The notes under the pieces are model-generated. The model did no database searches. It was not told where the DNA came from and saw only the letters and a program-made list of their open reading frames with translations. Of a DNA stretch of 45,526 nt, positions 26,488 to 36,989 are shown piece after piece. This stretch comes from Chiloscyllium plagiosum (taxonomy: Eukaryota). Location of the stretch: positions 70,596,532 through 70,642,057 of the forward strand of contig NC_057726.1 of assembly GCF_004010195.1 (NCBI RefSeq), in the 5' to 3' direction. Positions within the stretch are counted from its first letter, which is position 1. Every line of letters begins with the position of its first letter. The position numbers and the translations under genes are program-made.

Positions 26488-27210
26488 TGCAGGTATCGTC
26501 CCGTTTCCGTATCAATTGAAGCAAACACTCAGAGACACAGTATGGCTGTACCTTCTTCATCTTTATTCCGAGCACTGGAGAGAGCGCGATAGCCCATGTA
26601 CACAAGGATATGAGTTCTTGATCTTCTCTCGAACAGCAGATTCTTAAGGAATTACATAATCAGTTACAGGGAACAGCACCCAAATATAGCCTCATCCATA
26701 TTGATTGGGTGACCGTTACTATCAGCAAGCATCAACAGTAAAGATTAAGCCATCTGGCATTACACAATAAATGATCTTCACCTCGGTAACTGGCATTACA
26801 TAAAAGGTGTTCTTCACCTCGTTAAACCACTACCCTTGCCTCCAGCACCTCGTTGTTTACTGCAATTTCTTATCTGGTCAATGTCATGCTAGCTGAACCT
26901 TTGTCACGCACTCATACCCTCCATTTATCATTTCATGACAACCACCTAGATAACACTATAACCTTCTTCATAAAATTCTTACGCCTAGCACTTAATCAAA
27001 TTATTGTCACACAACATGCAATGATTATAACAACAAAAATTACTAGTCCATGCAGTAGATAGGATCTCCAGGATCCTCCCATATGGAAAAGTATTTACCA
27101 GTAAAGGTCTTCAAACCACAGTCCTTAGTGACCATTCTACCCCCTCCAAGTCGAGTAGAAATGAGCCAGTTATCAAAAATCTCCTTCAGTAAAGTCCAAC
27201 CTGAAAACAA
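26488..27210 (-). mobile_element. Endogenous retrovirus remnant: env transmembrane C-terminus, polypurine tract and 3' LTR (~26488-26914)
   Basis: - strand GGSWRSYLLHGLVIFVVIIIACCVTII* (26980-27080), purine tract aaatggagggta followed by TG, ~36-bp tandem U3 repeats (26754-26826), CCAAT, AATAAA (26562-26567). Confidence 0.6.
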
Positions 27211-27540
27211 AATCTAGATTGTCCTTCTGCATCACTCCATGGCAAAATCTGAATTCTTAGATAAAGTCAGTTGAATACCTAACAAAACTGACAAGACTTC
27301 CATCCTTGCAGAGATGGCTCAGACGAAGAGTACCAGCATATCTGAGTGTAAAGTGCAGCAGCAGGCTCGGTGAATGCAGCATTCCTTGCTGCTTCTGCTC
27401 CCGCTCTGCTGTTAAATGGAACAAAACCATAGTTTTGATGTCAGTTTGATCAGTGAATCTTCATATACCTTAAATGATCAAAAGGCAAGATAAAGCTCAC
27501 GCACTTTAATGTTCATAAGAAGGTAACTAACAAAAAGCAT

Positions 27541-27661
27541 TCAGACCTCCTCTTCACCGTTGTTAGCTTCTTCACTTGTCGTGCCCATGACTAGGGAGCT
27601 GATTGAATCCGTTTGATCAGGCTGTTGCGGGACGGGTGATGGTCTGAAGGTGTGCTTTACC
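27541..27661 (-). other. Candidate terminal coding exon (VKHTFRPSP...NNGEEEV* or GKAHLQTITRPATA*)
   Basis: Acceptor tttcttcattcacag in non-repeat DNA; upstream donor AAAG|gtaaac near 27783. Confidence 0.3.
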
Positions 27662-29480
27662 TGTGAATGAAGAAACTGTGAAGATAATGTTAGCTGCTGC
27701 ATTTCCTCTCTTATTCCTTCCTTGCCAAAATGGGTATCAGTGTGAAGACAGTCACACATTTCCCTACACTAAATTGTGTTTACCTTTTTCAACATTCTCA
27801 GTTGCCTTGAAGTCTGTTACTCTGTTCACTAGTTATGAAATTATCAAGTTTTATAAAATCCATAAGCTTCTAAATTGAACTGCTTGAATAATTCAATCAA
27901 TTATAAACAACAATCAATGGTCAGAACGGGGACCCCATTCAGGTTATTCAAAAATTATTTTCCTTTGACAAATTAATACTTGACTAGTGTGAAAACTGTC
28001 AGGAAAATTGTTTCGAAATCTGGAACAGCAAGAAAACAACAAAATATTTCCTGTGCTTTAGCCATTGAAGAGGCAGTTTCAGTTCAGATTTAATCTCAAA
28101 TAAATGTGGGAAACAAATGCAGAATATATTAAAATATGTTGTCCAAATGAAACTTCCCAAATAAAACAATTGGGATTACAATGGTTACAGACCAGTAACT
28201 GTACAACTTTGCTCGAGATCAATATTCTTTGAATTTGCCATATGAAGTGGGGGGGGGGGGGGAGGGAAATTAAGTTTTAACAATAATTGACAGAACTTAA
28301 GCAGCCCAGCCTCAAGTTCTAATATTCTCTACAATCTTATTTCCTAACAAGCCATATTGTGCGACAGACTTTTCGAATCTGCATATTTAGATAATAAGTA
28401 CCTTCATCAAACCCCTCACATAATTTATAAAAGAGTCCAATTAAGTTAATGAAGTCTGAGCTGTTCTTAATAATCAGTGCTTAGTTTCATTCACCAGCAT
28501 TTATTTCCAACCTTCTGAAGTGCCACATGTGTTAAAGTGTTTAATGATTCTCATTCTGAAATAGACTGACTGGCTTTTAGTCACTGGACTGAAACCTATC
28601 ACCTAGCATATTATTTGGCTGTCATACAAAAGATAGTGCTGTGATGAGGAACGGAATTGAAATCCAGGTTATCCACACAGTGGTATCAGGTCCTGTGAGA
28701 TATATTTGATGCCACTCACTAGAATACTTTTCTCACAGCCTGCGATTAAACTCCATGCAATTTAATTCCACAGTGAGCAAACATTCTTTCTAATCAGTTT
28801 ACTTTTCTGCACAGCAAGTACAGAAGTGATGGAGAACAAATAGAGTAATTCACTTGCATGTCTGGAACAACAAGAAATAGACGGGGAGATAATGCCACAG
28901 TGGGAATCTGAAAGGGTTCAGATCCCACCATGATAGTTTTCAGAATTTAAACTATGTACTTAAAACATATAAAATTGAATGTCTGTACTGATTAATGGTT
29001 ACCATGAAACTACTACTGATTGTCATAAAATGAATATGCTTCTCAAATGGCATTGAGGGAAAGAAATCAATCATCCTTCTCTGGTCTGGCCTACATTTAC
29101 TCGAGCCCAACAGCGTGTAGTTGACTCCTATCTGCTTTCAAGTGATGCTAAGAATATGTAACAAATTCTGTGCCTAGTGACAACATCAACCCATGAGCAA
29201 CTGAAACAAGAATAAACTGCATGATTAAAATGTGTCAATTAATAGGATTAAAGATGTACTAACACAAATATACCATATGAGTATTCTTAATTCCTTATAA
29301 GAGTTTACTTACTTAAAGCCACCACAATAATGTTACAAATTATTGGAAAGATGGAATTTCCTGAGTAAGTCCCTGGGAGATGGTTGCTTTAATATATGTG
29401 CTACATCTTACCTGAAGGTAATTATCACTGCAATCTCTGCTCTTTAAGATGCTAACATTTGATTTGTTCTCCCATTTTAG

Positions 29481-29594
29481 CTAGCACTGTCAGCACGTTT
29501 CCAAAGGAGTTGGTGGCTCGATATGCTGTTGCAGGATTATTACTTTTAATGCTAGTAACAGTTGTGAATTGTTGCAAATTAGATACAATTAAAG
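29481..29594 (+). CDS. Intact transmembrane exon of an Ig-superfamily receptor (xSTVSTFPKELVARYAVAGLLLLMLVTVVNCCKLDTIKG)
   Basis: Branch site gctaac, acceptor ttctcccattttag, donor AAAG|gtcaga; 114 nt, phase 1-1, open; hydrophobic helix with an N-proximal Arg; conserved with the paralog at 22006. Confidence 0.8.
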
Positions 29595-29746
29595 GTCAGA
29601 CGTGACACAATGTATCTTTAGAATTGCACTTTGGTATTTACTCACAGCTCAGTGCTGCAGTGTCAGGAAAATTAACTGGTCACGTCTGCGGTGTAGGTTT
29701 TCACTTGCTACTGTTTTGGGAGCATCATCCCTCTGAAACCCAGTGT

Positions 29747-30058
29747 TTAGATTACTTACAGTGTGGAAACAGGCCTTCAGCCCAACAAGTCCACACCGAC
29801 CCACCGCAGAGCAACCCACCCAGACCCATTCCCCTACATTTACGCTTTCCCCTAGCACTATAGGTAATTTAGCATTGCTGATTCACCTAACCTGCACATC
29901 TTTGGACTAGGGGAGAAAACCAGTTCACCCGGAGAAAACCCATGCAGACCTGGGGAGAATGCGCAAACTTCACACAGACAGGTTCCTATGGCAGGAATTG
30001 AACCTGGGTATCTGGCGCTATGAGGCAGCAACGCTAACCACTGTGCCACTGTACCGCC
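29747..30058 (-). mobile_element. HE1-like SINE
   Basis: Same family as 18610 and 31006; absent from duplicate copy 1. Confidence 0.88.
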
Positions 30059-31005
30059 TATTCTAATTATAAAAAGAGCTAAAATCGAGTCTACACCTCA
30101 GGCTAATTTCTCTAGAAATGAAAATAAAGGTGAGCCCCCCATTACATTCTATGATAATGCAAGACAGTGATCTGAACCCAGTAAATTACAATGGGAAAAT
30201 TCTGACATAGAAAATAAACTTATTCTCATTCAACAATAGAAATAAATGCAACTTTGTCACTTATGATGAGAATGACCGTGTTGCTTGATTACAGCATTAC
30301 TTTTGACTGAAGTGATGCCAAATTATGTTGATGATGAAATTGATCATTGATGAAAATGTTGTTTTCTAACAGGCACCAAGATAACTCCAGTAGACTCCAG
30401 AGATAACAACCAGTTTGAGGAACAGGTTTGTTTCATGATCACTTTTGTTTTGCCAAGTAGAACGTTTCGACAGTGTGCAACATGCATACATCATTATTTC
30501 CTGAACTGCTGCAACATCACAACATTTCCCACTAAGACCATGGATTCCCAATGTTGTCTTTGCCCTAAACACATGACTAATGATCACTCATTTCAACAAT
30601 GATCCCCACACATACCTAACCCAGTAGCTTCTGCAAACAGTTGATGTTTTCATTGTGTCACTGGATAGTTATTCAACTGTGCAAAGTGGCATATGCTCAC
30701 ACAAAGCATAACAGATATTCAGCAGGGCAAGTAAAATCTATGCAGAGAAACAGTTAATGCATCAGGTCTAAGGCGTTGAATCATTGTGCAACAATTCTGT
30801 TGCTCACAATGAACTTGTACAGTAGCTTTACGCTGAGTGGTTGCGACCATTATTCAAATTCAGCCCCAATGTGTTATGACGAATTGTGCAAACTGGGCCC
30901 TTAGTTTATTGTTTAACGCCACAAGTCTAGTCTTAGACAAATTAATTGTGAATATTCACAGAAATGGTTATTCTCCTTTGTCCTGTTTTGAGAAATGATT
31001 TTTTT

Positions 31006-31304
31006 TTAGATTACTTTACAGTGTGGAAACAGGCCCTTCGGCCCAACAGGTCCACACCGAACCGCCAAAGCGCACCCACCCAGACCCATTCCTCTACATC
31101 TAACACTACAGGCAATTTAACTTGGCCAATTCACCTGACCTGCACATTTTTGGACTGTGGGAGGAAACCGGAGCACCCGGAGGAAACCCACGCAGACACG
31201 GGGAGAATGTGCAAACTCCACACAGTCAGTGACCTGAGGCAGGAGTTGAACCCGGGTCTCTGGCGCTGTGAGGCAGCAGTGCTAACCACTGTGCCACCGT
31301 GCCA
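31006..31304 (-). mobile_element. HE1-like SINE, well preserved
   Basis: Head ggcacggtggcacagtggttagcactgctgcctcacagcgccag, B-box ggttcaactcc, and V-domain core. Confidence 0.92.
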
Positions 31305-31468
31305 CCCATAATTTGAAAATTACATTAATGACTGCATGTTCTGAAATGGACTTTTCAGTTTTAGGTCATGAGTTTTGAAATGTGGATACGTTGTGCCATC
31401 TAGCTGGAGCGAGTTTGATGCACTTTAGTTTACTGCACTCAAACAGTAGCTTGCTCTTATCTCCCAAG

Positions 31469-31494
31469 GTCAAAGTCGACAGCAACGAGAATGA
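31469..31494 (+). CDS. Candidate short cytoplasmic tail exon (GQSRQQRE*)
   Basis: Acceptor ttgctcttatctcccaag; phase 1 matches the TM exon; AATAAA at 31631-31636. Confidence 0.45.
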
Positions 31495-31788
31495 GCATTG
31501 ATAATTGAACTTTAAACTTGAAATGGAGCCAGCAAGTCTAGAGAAAGGATCACAAAACTTCACTGTTAAATATAACATCAATTGAGCAGTAGGATAGGAG
31601 GTCATTTAGGAAAAACAATTATGAGAAGCAAATAAACAGGCTTGAAAGGAAAGTAAGAAAAGCTGACATGCTCAAGAAAATCAATGGTTTAGTAGTGTCT
31701 GTGGAGAGAGAATTAGAGTTAACTTTCACGTTTGATATGAAACTTGTTGAGAAATGAAAAGGGCTGTAAAATGGTCACTTGTGCTGTT

Positions 31789-31913
31789 AAAATCACACAA
31801 CACCAGGTCATAGTCCAATTTCGACTTCCAAATAAACCTGTTGGACTATTACCCTGGTGTTGTGTGATTTTTGACTTTGTCCACCCCAGTCCAACACCGG
31901 CACCTCTTCATCA
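31789..31913. mobile_element. Penelope family-2 pLTR remnant with inverted partial copy (hairpin)
   Basis: aaaatcacacaacaccagg...cctggtgttgtgtgatttt inverted repeat; same sequence as the terminus at 38985. Confidence 0.8.
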
Positions 31914-32689
31914 CTTTTGCTGTGACAGTTGGCAGAGAAACCAGTGGAAAAGTTAGCAATGGTGCCAAACGCAAAAGGCACAAGTTGTGTGAATGGTGGT
32001 AAAGGTGCAGGAAAGTTGTAACATCTCTAACTGAGATTTGTGAAATGGGAAGTAGAGTGTGCCTGCAGTGTGAACAGCAAGGCAAACAAAATACGAAAAG
32101 GTGTCAGTGCAGTTATCACGGTTAAAATCATAGTGGATGGCAGAGGTCATGTCCTCATATCTCTCAGGACACAAGAGAGTTAAAATAAGCATAAACGTCC
32201 ATTTGAAAAGATGTGATGTGGTATTCCAAAGAAAGTCTGTTGATTGTGAATGTACTTTTCTTCATACTTATGTGTGTGCATATCTAATTTTTCGAAGGGC
32301 TGATGTTTGCCAACTTATACATTGATTATGTTAAAATATATCAGAAGACACATGTTACAATGAGATAGTTTTGCTAGTTTATCAACTCCAGGCGTGTGAG
32401 ATGGTGCAAATGGGGTGAAGAAAGGCATTTCATAAATGCCCTGTTCTATTGCTGGGAAAGACGACTATGTTCCTTTAATGATCGGAAATTGATCTGAGTT
32501 GTAGTTTAAACTGGCAATACGCTGACTAAAATGTTAGTGCCATTAATAATAATACTATAATCCCATGGGCAATGTTGTGTTTTCCTTTAATCCTTTGATA
32601 ACCTACTATGTATTGTTGGCAATGCTTGGTTCTGCATTATACTTTACAACTTAAGACTCAGATGGTGTTTCTATAATATTCGTCCTCAG

Positions 32690-32800
32690 AGAATACAAGA
32701 AGGAGAGGTGGGGATTCTATCTTATGCTGCACTAAATGTCAGACACTACAAGAGAAGTAGAAAGAACAGACAGAAGGAAGACCGAACTTTGTATGCACAG
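32690..32800 (+). pseudogene. Cytoplasmic ITIM exon A (RIQEGEVGILSYAALNVRHYKRSRKNRQKEDRTLYAQ); donor appears inactivated
   Basis: Acceptor tttctataatattcgtcctcag; 111 nt, phase 0-0; LSYAAL ITIM; ends CAG|gaacaa instead of gt. Confidence 0.7.
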
Positions 32801-32940
32801 GAACAATTATAAAACACAACTGTGCTTTCTAATTAGGACCGCTTCAACACAAGTGCCGATTTCCATTGATGTATATTGAATAGCTACAAGAATTAATTTG
32901 ACTAGCAGCTGCTCTTGATGTTTCCTTATTGCTTTTACAG

Positions 32941-33072
32941 ATTAAACAAGGAACTGATGATAATCTGATTTATGTGTATCTGGAAATGACTGATTTTCCA
33001 AAAACAACAACAAAGAAAGAGACAACAAACATGAAGATAAGCAAGCCAAACAGAGAATCCAGGATTGCATAG
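32941..33072 (+). pseudogene. Cytoplasmic terminal exon B (IKQGTDDNLIYVYLEMTDFPK...SRIA*)
   Basis: Strong acceptor tttccttattgcttttacag; phase 0; its first Ile completes TLYAQI (ITSM); LIYVYL ITIM; AATAAA at 33259-33264. Confidence 0.7.
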
Positions 33073-34339
33073 CAAATTGTCCAATTTTCTCTGGGTCCAG
33101 CTGTCTTCATGAACAGATATTATATCTACCTGATTGAATTCGGCTTATTATAAACCACATTATTGTTTATCAGAAAGGAGGCAAAGAATCAAAAATGCAA
33201 ATGCAGCAATACGTTCATTTCTGTGTTTTTGTACTCTTTGGAAAACCAATGTCTGTAAAATAAAGGAATCTGTTTATTAATTATCATTAGTTAAGAAAAG
33301 TATCAAAGACAATGGATGTCCCTTTTGAATCCAGTTAGTAGTTGATAATGTTAAAGAACTGGATCATCTATCCGAATCTACCCAAGGAATTAGCAGCCTT
33401 GTGTTGAGCCTTGGACACAGAAGAATCAGACAACTTGGCTCAACTGCTCCCTTCTATCTTCTCAGCTACACTGAATTTCCACTCAACCCTGATCAATCTG
33501 AATCCACCAGTCTATCCATCTATCCATTTGTACATCATGCATCTATCAAACTTCGTTGTTAGTTTCTGTATGTTCATCACAGTTAAAAACCCTTCTGGCA
33601 GAAAATTCTATACACTAAACATTTGCTATGTAAAGAGCTTCTTCATAATTTATTGAGAGACTTACAAATAATAAAAATATAGTTCTGGACTATTGTTCTT
33701 ATCTCACTCAGAAGTCAAAATATCATTTCCACACCTTCCTTTAAGTCATTTTCATCATGGTGGAAAAAAAACTGTCTGGTCAACATTAGCTTTAAAACAG
33801 AATTTATACAGGTACACAACTATACCATTAAAAAAGATAATATCAAGAATATTCGACCCAATTGACTTTTCCAGAATACATATTACTCAATGTTTTTAAT
33901 TGCAAAAATATATCTATCATTTTCTTGCCTGTTCTCTATGGTAGTATTTTCGAAAAGAGCTGAGGAGAGAAATTAAAGTATATACCAGACATTGAATGAA
34001 GTATATTTCTTTTGATCTCGGTCTGAATTTACTATTTAGTTCCCTCAGCTAATGGCAATTTTCAATTAATATCTACTAGTCAAGCAATTTAAACATATTA
34101 TGTTTCAATTAGACCAGCAGATGTTGTTTCTAACTTGAAGCAAAATGGGCCTCTTTGTTGACGTTCACCATGTTGGATTGTCATTTGATGCCAGGAGTCG
34201 ATATAATGAAGTCCACTGCACTTTCTCCACAATAACTACATTGTTCCTTCTGTAAGAGTATCAGCTATCTGTGCATCAAAATCAAAGGTTACAGTTGATG
34301 CAAGAAAAGTGAGGAGCCAAACAAAAACATAAATCCTCA

Positions 34340-35835
34340 GAATGTATGAACAGTCAGGAAGGACTTGCACAGGCGAGTGGACAAAGAAATTCAGATAGCA
34401 TACAATGTGGGAACATATGAGATTTTACAGTCAGGTGGGAATAATAGAGACATTGACTATTTTCTAAATGGGGAAAGGCTTCAGAAATCCATAGCACAGA
34501 GTGACTTAGGAGCCCTCGTTCAGGATTCTCACAGATATGCAAGTTCAGTTGGCAAATAAGTAGCCAACTGCAATGTTGGCATAGGATCATTTTACATTCA
34601 ACAGAGATTTACCTGTACTTCCACACATGTCACCTACTCTGTCTGCTACTCACGGTGTGGTCTCCTCCACATTGGGGACACAGGATGTTAACTTGTGAAA
34701 TGTTTTAGAGAACATCTCTGGGACACATGCACTAAACACCACCACCCTGTTGCTGAAAACTTTAACTCCCCCTCCCACTCCACCAAAGACATGCAAATCC
34801 TGGACCTCCTCTTCATTCAAACTCTAGCCACCTGACCTCTGGAGGAAGTACGCCTCATCTTCAACCTTGAGGACCTCTAACCACACGGGATCAATGTAAA
34901 TTTCACCAGTTGTTTCATTTCCCCTCTCCACTCCTTATCCCAGATCTAATTTTCCAACTCAGCACTGCCCTGTTGAACTGCCTTACCTGTCCATCTTCCT
35001 TCCCACTACGTGCTCCATCCTCCTCTCCTATCTACCTATCACATTCCCAACTACCTTACACTCAGCCCTACACCCCTCCCATTTATCTCTCAGCCCCGTT
35101 GTGCCACCCCCTCATTCCTGATGAAGAGCTTGTGCTCAAAACTTTGACTCTCCTACTCCTCAGATGTTGCCTGACTGGCTGTGCGTTTCCAGCACCACAC
35201 TTTTCGACTATGAACTCCAGCATCTGCAGTCCTCACTTCCTCCTAATTCCTTTTGAGAGATCTAGAATACACGAACAGAGATGTATTGCTGAGGCTGTAT
35301 CGGACTCTGGTCAAATTGCACTTGCAATGTTGTGAGCAGTCTTTCGCCCCACATTTCAATTAACATGTAGTAAAATTGGAGGGAGATCCAGTGAGGGCTC
35401 ATTAAGACTGATCCCAAGAAAGGAGGACATGTCATATTAGGAGCAGCTAATGACTCTCTGCTTGTTGGAGATTATAATGATGAGGAGAATCTCATTGAAA
35501 CTTACAAAACATTGAGATGACTGGACAAAGTGGACCAAGTAGATGTTCCCGCGAGTAGGAGAGACTAGGACCCAAGGGCAAAGCGAGGGAATAAGGGAGC
35601 AGCATTTAAAACAGATCTGGGGGTTATTTCTTCAGTCAAGACGGTGGTGAGTCTGTGGAATTCATTGCCACAGGTTGTGGACGCCAGGTCATTGAGCATC
35701 ATTAAGAGTGAGATAGATAGCTTCTTGATTAGTGAGGGGATGAAGGATTATGGGAAGAATAAATGAGAATGGTGGTGCAGACTCGCTGGGCTAAATGGCC
35801 TTATTCTGCTCCAACATATTGTGGTTTTATGGTCC
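34340..35835 (+). mobile_element. Old CR1 3' fragment interrupted by a Penelope fragment (34585-35245)
   Basis: DYFLNGERLQKS..DLGALV upstream; GIY-YIG remnant plus pLTR in the middle; CR1 resumes at ~35250. Confidence 0.8.
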
Positions 35836-36059
35836 AGGACTAGATGTGTCATAAATAGCATAAAAGCACAACTAAAGAGTTTGCATTTTAATGCATGTAG
35901 CATTCTGAACAAATCAAACACATTGACTGCACGCATTGTGATGACTAAATATGATTTAATTGGCATTATGGAAATATTGTTATAGGAAGAGAAGTTTTAG
36001 GCTGTATTGGCCAGTCTACAAAATTCGAGAAACATAGGAAGCTTGCCATAAGCGAAGAG

Positions 36060-36860
36060 GTTAGAGACAATAAAATCTGCAGATACTAGAATCCAAAATA
36101 AACAGGTAGGAGACTGGAAGAACACAGCAAGCCAGACAACATCAGGAGGTGCAGATGTCGATATTTCAGGTGTAGCCCTTCTTCTGGACTGGGGGTGAAT
36201 GTGGGGGAAGCTGCAGATAAACGGGGTGATGGGAACAGGGTGGTGAAGTGGGGATAGGTGAAAACAGAAGAAGGGCTCCTTTCCTGAAGAAGAGCTCATG
36301 CCGGAAATGTCGATTCTCCTGCTCCTGGATGCTGCCTGACCTGCTGCGCTTTTCCAGCAACACATTTTCAGCTCTGATCTCCAGCATCTGCAGTCCTCAC
36401 TTTCTCATAGGTGAAAACAGGCAGAGGGTACAACCTGGTTGGTCAATGAGAGGGGTTAATCCAGTTGGAGGCAGGAAGCAGTGGAAGGGAGGGGGAGGGG
36501 CTGGGAAGGGAGACGAGGGAAGGCAAAGGAGATTAGTTGAAATTGGGGAACTCAGTGTTGAGTCTTCCAGGCTGTACGTTGCCCAGGAGGAAGATGAGGT
36601 GTTGTTCCGCCACTTTGTGTTGTGATTTGTTGTGGCAATGGAGAAGGCCAACGATGGTCATTTCAGAAAGGGAGTGGGGAGGGGAATTAAAATGGGCGGT
36701 GACTCAGAGATCTGGTTTGCCCCTGTGTGCCCAGCTGCGATGCTCGGAGAACCATTCCTTAAGTTTACGTTCAGTCTCCCCGATGGAGAGAAGACCACAT
36801 TGGGAGCCCTGATGCAGTAAACTAGGTTGGAAGAGAAGCAGGTGAACCTCTGGCCCTCCT
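36060..36860 (-). mobile_element. Older Penelope fragment containing a solo + strand pLTR (36268-36406)
   Basis: Degenerate GIY-YIG sequence at 36540-36850; the insert is flanked by a 14-bp duplication ataggtgaaaacag. Confidence 0.8.
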
Positions 36861-36989
36861 TGAAAGATTCGATTGATTAGAATGCAAATTCAGTGCCTAT
36901 TTCAATCATAGCCCCAAGTTAATTAAAGGTTGTATCAGTGTTTGCCTAACTTGCCAAACATCAATCAGGTAGAGATACAAAACATGAAA

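Larger units (their letters stand above)
28690..30715 (+). repeat. Segmental duplication copy 2 of the TM-exon block
   Basis: Collinear with 15480-23760 once copy-specific TE insertions are removed. Confidence 0.88.

Noticed and set aside
28249-28266. Poly-G run as a regulatory G-quadruplex
   Set aside because: A simple homopolymer with no supporting context
31240-31304. tRNA gene
   Set aside because: It is the tRNA-derived head of an HE1 SINE, not a full cloverleaf
32656-32689. Longer phase-1 version of ITIM exon A (DSDGVFYNIRPQ), needing a 1-nt insertion
   Set aside because: The acceptor at 32689 has a better pyrimidine tract and gives a clean 111-nt phase 0-0 exon with no frameshift
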